Source of the DNA: an uncultured Planctomycetales bacterium
GTDB lineage: Bacteria; Omnitrophota; Gorgyraeia; Gygaellales; Profunditerraquicolaceae
Length of the DNA stretch: 30,860 bases
Assembly: GCA_964358115.1 (NCBI GenBank)
Contig: CAYHNY010000002.1
Span: forward strand, 1-30,860
Direction: 5' to 3'
The translations under genes and the position numbers were made by a program. The notes under the pieces are model-generated. The model was not told where the DNA came from. It saw nothing but the letters and a program-made list of their open reading frames with translations, and did no database searches. Of the stretch, positions 27,326-30,860 are shown piece after piece. Numbering within the stretch: the stretch's first letter is position 1; every line of letters starts with the position of its first letter.

Positions 27326-28138
27326 TTAAACGCTAAAATCTGCCACTGCCTGCTGGACTATTTGCTTATCCACCGCTGCCGCTTTCTTGCCAAATCCGGA
27401 GAGCAGAGACAAATCGCAGATACGGTTTATGCGCCGGGGGATCCCGGCTGAATTTTCATAGATAAATTTTATCGCCTCGGCAGTAAATATAGATTCGCTG
27501 CCGCCGGCGACTTTCAGGCGGTGCTTGATATATTTTTCCGTATCCTCAGGGCCAAACTTATCCAGATGGCAGCGGATAGCAATTCTCTGCTCTAGCTGTT
27601 TAAGGTTGGAAACCTTATCCTTTAGTTCCGGCTGGCCGCAAAGAATAAGCGTCAGCAAAAAGCGGTCTTCGAGCTGAAAATTAAGCAAAAGTCTCAATTC
27701 CTCAAATATCCGGTCATCCTGAATCACATGCGCTTCATCAATAAAAACTACCGTCTCGCGTCCGTCGCGCATATTATCAATCAAGACATTGTGCAAGATC
27801 TCCAAAAGCGGGTCCGCCATGATCTCGCCGGCCTTAGCCGGCAGGTCCACTGATTTGAGGCTGCGCACGATTGACCTTAAAAGCTCGATATAGCTTACCT
27901 GAGGGTTGGTAATAAAAGCTGCCTTATATTTATCCCCCAGATCCTTTAATATGGCTCTTCCTAAGAGTGTCTTGCCGCAGCCAAAGGTTCCGGTAAGCAT
28001 GCCGGCCCCCATCCTCTCAACAATGCAATAAGTAAGCTTCATCAGCGCGTCTTCGTGCTCGCCGGAAAGATAGAGAAAACGCGGGTCAGGGGTATTATTA
28101 AACGGCTTTTCGTTAAGCTTCCAGTGTTTCTCGTACAT
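27326..28138 (-). CDS. ExeA/MshM-like AAA ATPase (T2SS/MSHA-associated), without a C-terminal peptidoglycan-binding domain
   Basis: MYEKHWKLNEKPFNNTPDPRFLY; Walker A GTFGCGKT; Walker B FIDEAH; GQPEL; QRIAIR; GIPRRINRICD. Confidence 0.92.
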   Translation of the reverse strand: MYEKHWKLNEKPFNNTPDPRFLYLSGEHEDALMKLTYCIVERMGAGMLTGTFGCGKTLLGRAILKDLGDKYKAAFITNPQVSYIELLRSIVRSLKSVDLPAKAGEIMADPLLEILHNVLIDNMRDGRETVVFIDEAHVIQDDRIFEELRLLLNFQLEDRFLLTLILCGQPELKDKVSNLKQLEQRIAIRCHLDKFGPEDTEKYIKHRLKVAGGSESIFTAEAIKFIYENSAGIPRRINRICDLSLLSGFGKKAAAVDKQIVQQAVADFSV

Positions 28139-28155
28139 CTTTTTAAGGCTGTGCT

Positions 28156-29985
28156 TTAGGTTTTCTTGGTCAGCCAGCTGGCGATTCTTTTCTCGTAGTC
28201 ATCGACATCAGCCGGCCTTATTTTAACTTCAGCCTTCTGGGCTTCCTGAACGGGTTGCGATGCGGAAGATATTACCCTCTCTACCTGCATCGCCATATCC
28301 GTCGGCGGCTTGATCTCCACCTTATCTTCGGTGGCCCGGGAAACTTCTTCCCAGGTGGTCAAGCCAGCTAAAACTTTATCCAAACCGTCTTCGCGCAAAA
28401 GCCGCATGCCTTTTTCAACCGCCTTATCGCGAAGCAAAACGGTAGATACCCCCTGCAAGATCATTTCCCTTAATTCATCATCGATCATCATTAATTCATA
28501 AATTCCGGAACGCCCCCGGTAACCTGTTCCTTTGCAACTCGCGCAACCCTTGCCTTGATAAAATTTTAGAGTACCTTTAACTTTCAGGTTTAATTTCTTG
28601 ACCAGGGTCGGCGAAGGGTCATAAGCCTCTTTGCACTCGGGGCAAATCAGGCGCACCAGGCGTTGAGCCATCATGCCGATAGCCGAAGCCGAAATAAGAA
28701 AAGGCTCCACTCCCATATTAACCAAGCGCGTAACCGCAGAAGCTGCGTCATTGGTATGCAGGGTAGAAAATACCAAATGGCCGGTCAAGGCTGCCTGTAT
28801 GGCAATGACTGCAGTCTCTAGGTCTCGGATTTCACCGACCATGATTACATCCGGGTCCTGCCTTAAAATAAAACGCAGGCCATTGGCAAAGGTCAGCCCT
28901 GCCTTAGGGTTAACCTGGGTCTGGCGGATAAGGCCCAAACGGTACTCTACGGGATCCTCAATGGTGATGATATTGCGATCAATGGAATTAATGCGCATCA
29001 GCGAAGAATAAAGCGTAGTGGTTTTACCGGAACCGGTAGGCCCGGTGCTTAAGATTATCCCATAGGGCCTTAAAATCAAATCTTCATACTTCTTTAAAAG
29101 CTCCGGGCTAAATCCCATCTTCTCCAAACCCACCAAAACCCCTGAGGTATCCAAAAGACGTATAACTACATTTTCTCCCGCTACCGTGGGAAAACTGGAA
29201 ACGCGCATATCCACAAGGTGGTTGTCGGTAGTGATTTGGAAATGGCCGTCTTGAGGCAGGCGGCTCTCGGCAATATCCATGCCGCACAAAATCTTGATGC
29301 GGGAAATTATGGGCAGCTCCAGATGTTTAGGCGGAGACGGTATTTCATGCAAAACACCGTCAATGCGGAAACGGATGCGCAGGAATTTTTCGTCGGGCTC
29401 AATATGAATATCGCTGGCCCTGTCATGCACAGCCTGAGTGATAATCAAGTCCACCAGTTTTGCCACCGGAGACTCTTTGGATGTCTCGGCCAACATAGAA
29501 GCGCCAGGCTTTAATGAAACTTCGCCCATCTTCTCGGCTAATTCAGCGGATACGTCTTTCTTTCCGTAAAATTTGTCCAGCGCGCGCTTGATTTCATCCT
29601 CCGGGGCATACACGCATTCTGCCAATAAACCGCTAGAAGCGCCCAACTGGTCAAGCATCATTAGATTTAAAGGATCGGTGGTGGCAATGGTCAGTGAATT
29701 TCTCAGCTTAAAAAGCGGGATGATAGTGTATTTGCGGCACAGCTCTTCCGAGACAATCTCTTTGACTTGCGGATCGATGATGTAATTATCCAGGTCAATA
29801 TAGATAACGCCTTTGCCCTGGGCGTCGATATTATATATTTCATCCTTAGCGACCAGATTCATATCCGAGACAACCTGCAGAAAAGGGACCCGCCTTTTAT
29901 CCACCTCTGACTGAGCCACCTTTATCTGCTCGGGGCTTAATAACCCTTCGTCAACTAAGGCCTGGATTAATTCCTGGTCTTTCAT
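28156..29985 (-). CDS. pilB: Type IV pilus / T2SS extension ATPase (PilB/GspE/MshE family) with a C-terminal extension
   Basis: ASDIHIEP, RFRIDGVL, Walker A GPTGSGKTT, TIEDPVE, LRQDPDVIMVGEIRD, STLHTN, Zn motifs CPEC/CASC, GYRGR. Confidence 0.97.
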   Translation of the reverse strand: MKDQELIQALVDEGLLSPEQIKVAQSEVDKRRVPFLQVVSDMNLVAKDEIYNIDAQGKGVIYIDLDNYIIDPQVKEIVSEELCRKYTIIPLFKLRNSLTIATTDPLNLMMLDQLGASSGLLAECVYAPEDEIKRALDKFYGKKDVSAELAEKMGEVSLKPGASMLAETSKESPVAKLVDLIITQAVHDRASDIHIEPDEKFLRIRFRIDGVLHEIPSPPKHLELPIISRIKILCGMDIAESRLPQDGHFQITTDNHLVDMRVSSFPTVAGENVVIRLLDTSGVLVGLEKMGFSPELLKKYEDLILRPYGIILSTGPTGSGKTTTLYSSLMRINSIDRNIITIEDPVEYRLGLIRQTQVNPKAGLTFANGLRFILRQDPDVIMVGEIRDLETAVIAIQAALTGHLVFSTLHTNDAASAVTRLVNMGVEPFLISASAIGMMAQRLVRLICPECKEAYDPSPTLVKKLNLKVKGTLKFYQGKGCASCKGTGYRGRSGIYELMMIDDELREMILQGVSTVLLRDKAVEKGMRLLREDGLDKVLAGLTTWEEVSRATEDKVEIKPPTDMAMQVERVISSASQPVQEAQKAEVKIRPADVDDYEKRIASWLTKKT

Positions 29986-29994
29986 AAGACATCC

Positions 29995-30375
29995 TTATAT
30001 TTTCAGATACAACTTAACCTTTTCTAAAATAGCGGCGTTATTAAAACGGGAAATTAGTTCTTCCGCGCCGACTTCCTTGGATAAAGACGCGCTCTGTTCA
30101 TCGATATGATGGGCGAGTAAAATCACCGGGATCATTTGATAGCGCTTGTCAAATTTTAAGAGCCGGGATAATTTATAACCGTCTATGGAAGCCAGGCTAT
30201 CTTCAATGATAACCAAATCGGGATGTTGACGGCGCACTTTCTTTAAAGCATCCTGCCCGTCGGAACAAGCGATGACCTCAACGCCGATCAAAAGCTCTTT
30301 TAGGCGCTTGCCGATTGCATCTAAAAATAATGTGTCGGTATCAACGATAAGGATTTTTTTGTTGAGGGTGGTCAT
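29995..30375 (-). CDS. Atypical (pseudo) receiver domain protein
   Basis: Receiver fold pattern (ILIVDTD, DGQDALKKV..QHPDLVII, IPVILL, EVGAEELI), but Glu replaces the phospho-Asp and the conserved Thr and Lys are absent. Confidence 0.82.
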   Translation of the reverse strand: MTTLNKKILIVDTDTLFLDAIGKRLKELLIGVEVIACSDGQDALKKVRRQHPDLVIIEDSLASIDGYKLSRLLKFDKRYQMIPVILLAHHIDEQSASLSKEVGAEELISRFNNAAILEKVKLYLKI

Positions 30376-30779
30376 TTTTTGGCCTTAGGTCTACACCTCA
30401 ATAAGGCTGCTTTAAGGTCTTTCTCCAGATAATCCGCAAGGCTTTTGGCTTGCTCAAGCCTTGCGCTTAAGTATTTATTTGCGTTTTCTGAATTTTGCAG
30501 AGATTCCTGAGTGGACTTAAGAGAGAAACGTTCCTGCTCTAAGTCTGCCTCTAAAGATTTAACTGATTCCTGCAAATCTTTTTTTTCTTTGGCCAGGCTG
30601 CTTCTTTGCGCTTCCATAACTTTAAGGTTGCCTTCTATGTTTAACCGGGCCTGCCTTTCTCTCTTAAGGTCACTGCGCAGGCTGCCCAGGCTTGAGATTA
30701 GCTTTAAGTTTAAAAAAAGCGCTGCCAACAAAAGTGCCGTTATTAATAAAACATTTTTATTCACCTTAATCCCTAACAT
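30372..30779 (-). CDS. Hypothetical membrane-anchored coiled-coil protein
   Basis: GGAGG SD at 30788-30792; N-terminal hydrophobic helix followed by ~100 aa of heptad-like charged sequence; 4 nt overlap with the next gene. Confidence 0.75.
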   Translation of the reverse strand: MLGIKVNKNVLLITALLLAALFLNLKLISSLGSLRSDLKRERQARLNIEGNLKVMEAQRSSLAKEKKDLQESVKSLEADLEQERFSLKSTQESLQNSENANKYLSARLEQAKSLADYLEKDLKAALLRCRPKAKK

Positions 30780-30836
30780 ATTGAAAACCTCCCTGGTGCG
30801 AATTTGAGCACCTTAAGTTTTGGTTTAGCGAAATCC

Positions 30837-30860
30837 TTGATCGAACGCGAGTGAGATCAA
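30837..30860. repeat. Short inverted repeat (REP-like hairpin), probably truncated by the window end
   Basis: TTGATC-GAACGCGAGTGA-GATCAA, located upstream of the first gene. Confidence 0.35.

Noticed and set aside
810-30807. Numerous plus-strand ORFs (65-260 aa) and short alternative-frame minus-strand ORFs in the track
   Set aside because: All lie antisense to or inside well-supported minus-strand genes, are Ser/Leu/Phe-rich mirror translations, and show no domain motifs.
1-30860. Looked for CRISPR arrays, tRNA/rRNA, transposases, integrases, defence genes and GGDEF/EAL/HD-GYP domains
   Set aside because: No intergenic space or motifs for any of these were seen by eye.

Overview
The window holds 25 complete, tightly packed minus-strand CDSs (278-30779) plus the first 13 codons of a type IV prepilin at the left edge. 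All plus-strand ORFs look like antisense shadows. In transcription order: a membrane-anchored coiled-coil protein; an atypical receiver; a type IV pilus/T2SS-like platform (PilB ATPase, ExeA/MshM-like AAA ATPase, PilC, Zn-ribbon/TM/TPR protein); a transglutaminase-like protein; PilZ fused to a NucS-like fold; CHASE2 fused to a PP2C-like domain; an ABC ATPase and permease; a dense two-component block (CHASE4 kinase, Cache-HAMP-GAF kinase, REC-GAF hybrid kinase, three stand-alone receivers, a stand-alone PilZ); a minimal chemosensory module (CheW, membrane PilZ, MCP, CheA, with no CheR/CheB); a large atypical PAS kinase; and a PilS/PilR-like pair. This is followed by a clear sigma54 promoter (-24/-12, IHF site, candidate enhancer) driving the pilin gene. 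The most unusual features are (i) a near-identical C-terminal motif KRIxSWLxKK on both PilB and the unrelated PilZ-nuclease-fold protein, and (ii) many signalling domains that have lost catalytic or ligand residues (HisKA, REC, PP2C, PD-(D/E)XK, MshEN, MCP tip, CheW). Together these suggest a pilus-control network built partly from pseudo-enzymes. All family calls come from motif recognition by eye; no searches were run. The gene style is reminiscent of Omnitrophota or deltaproteobacteria-like lineages, which is a weak inference only.
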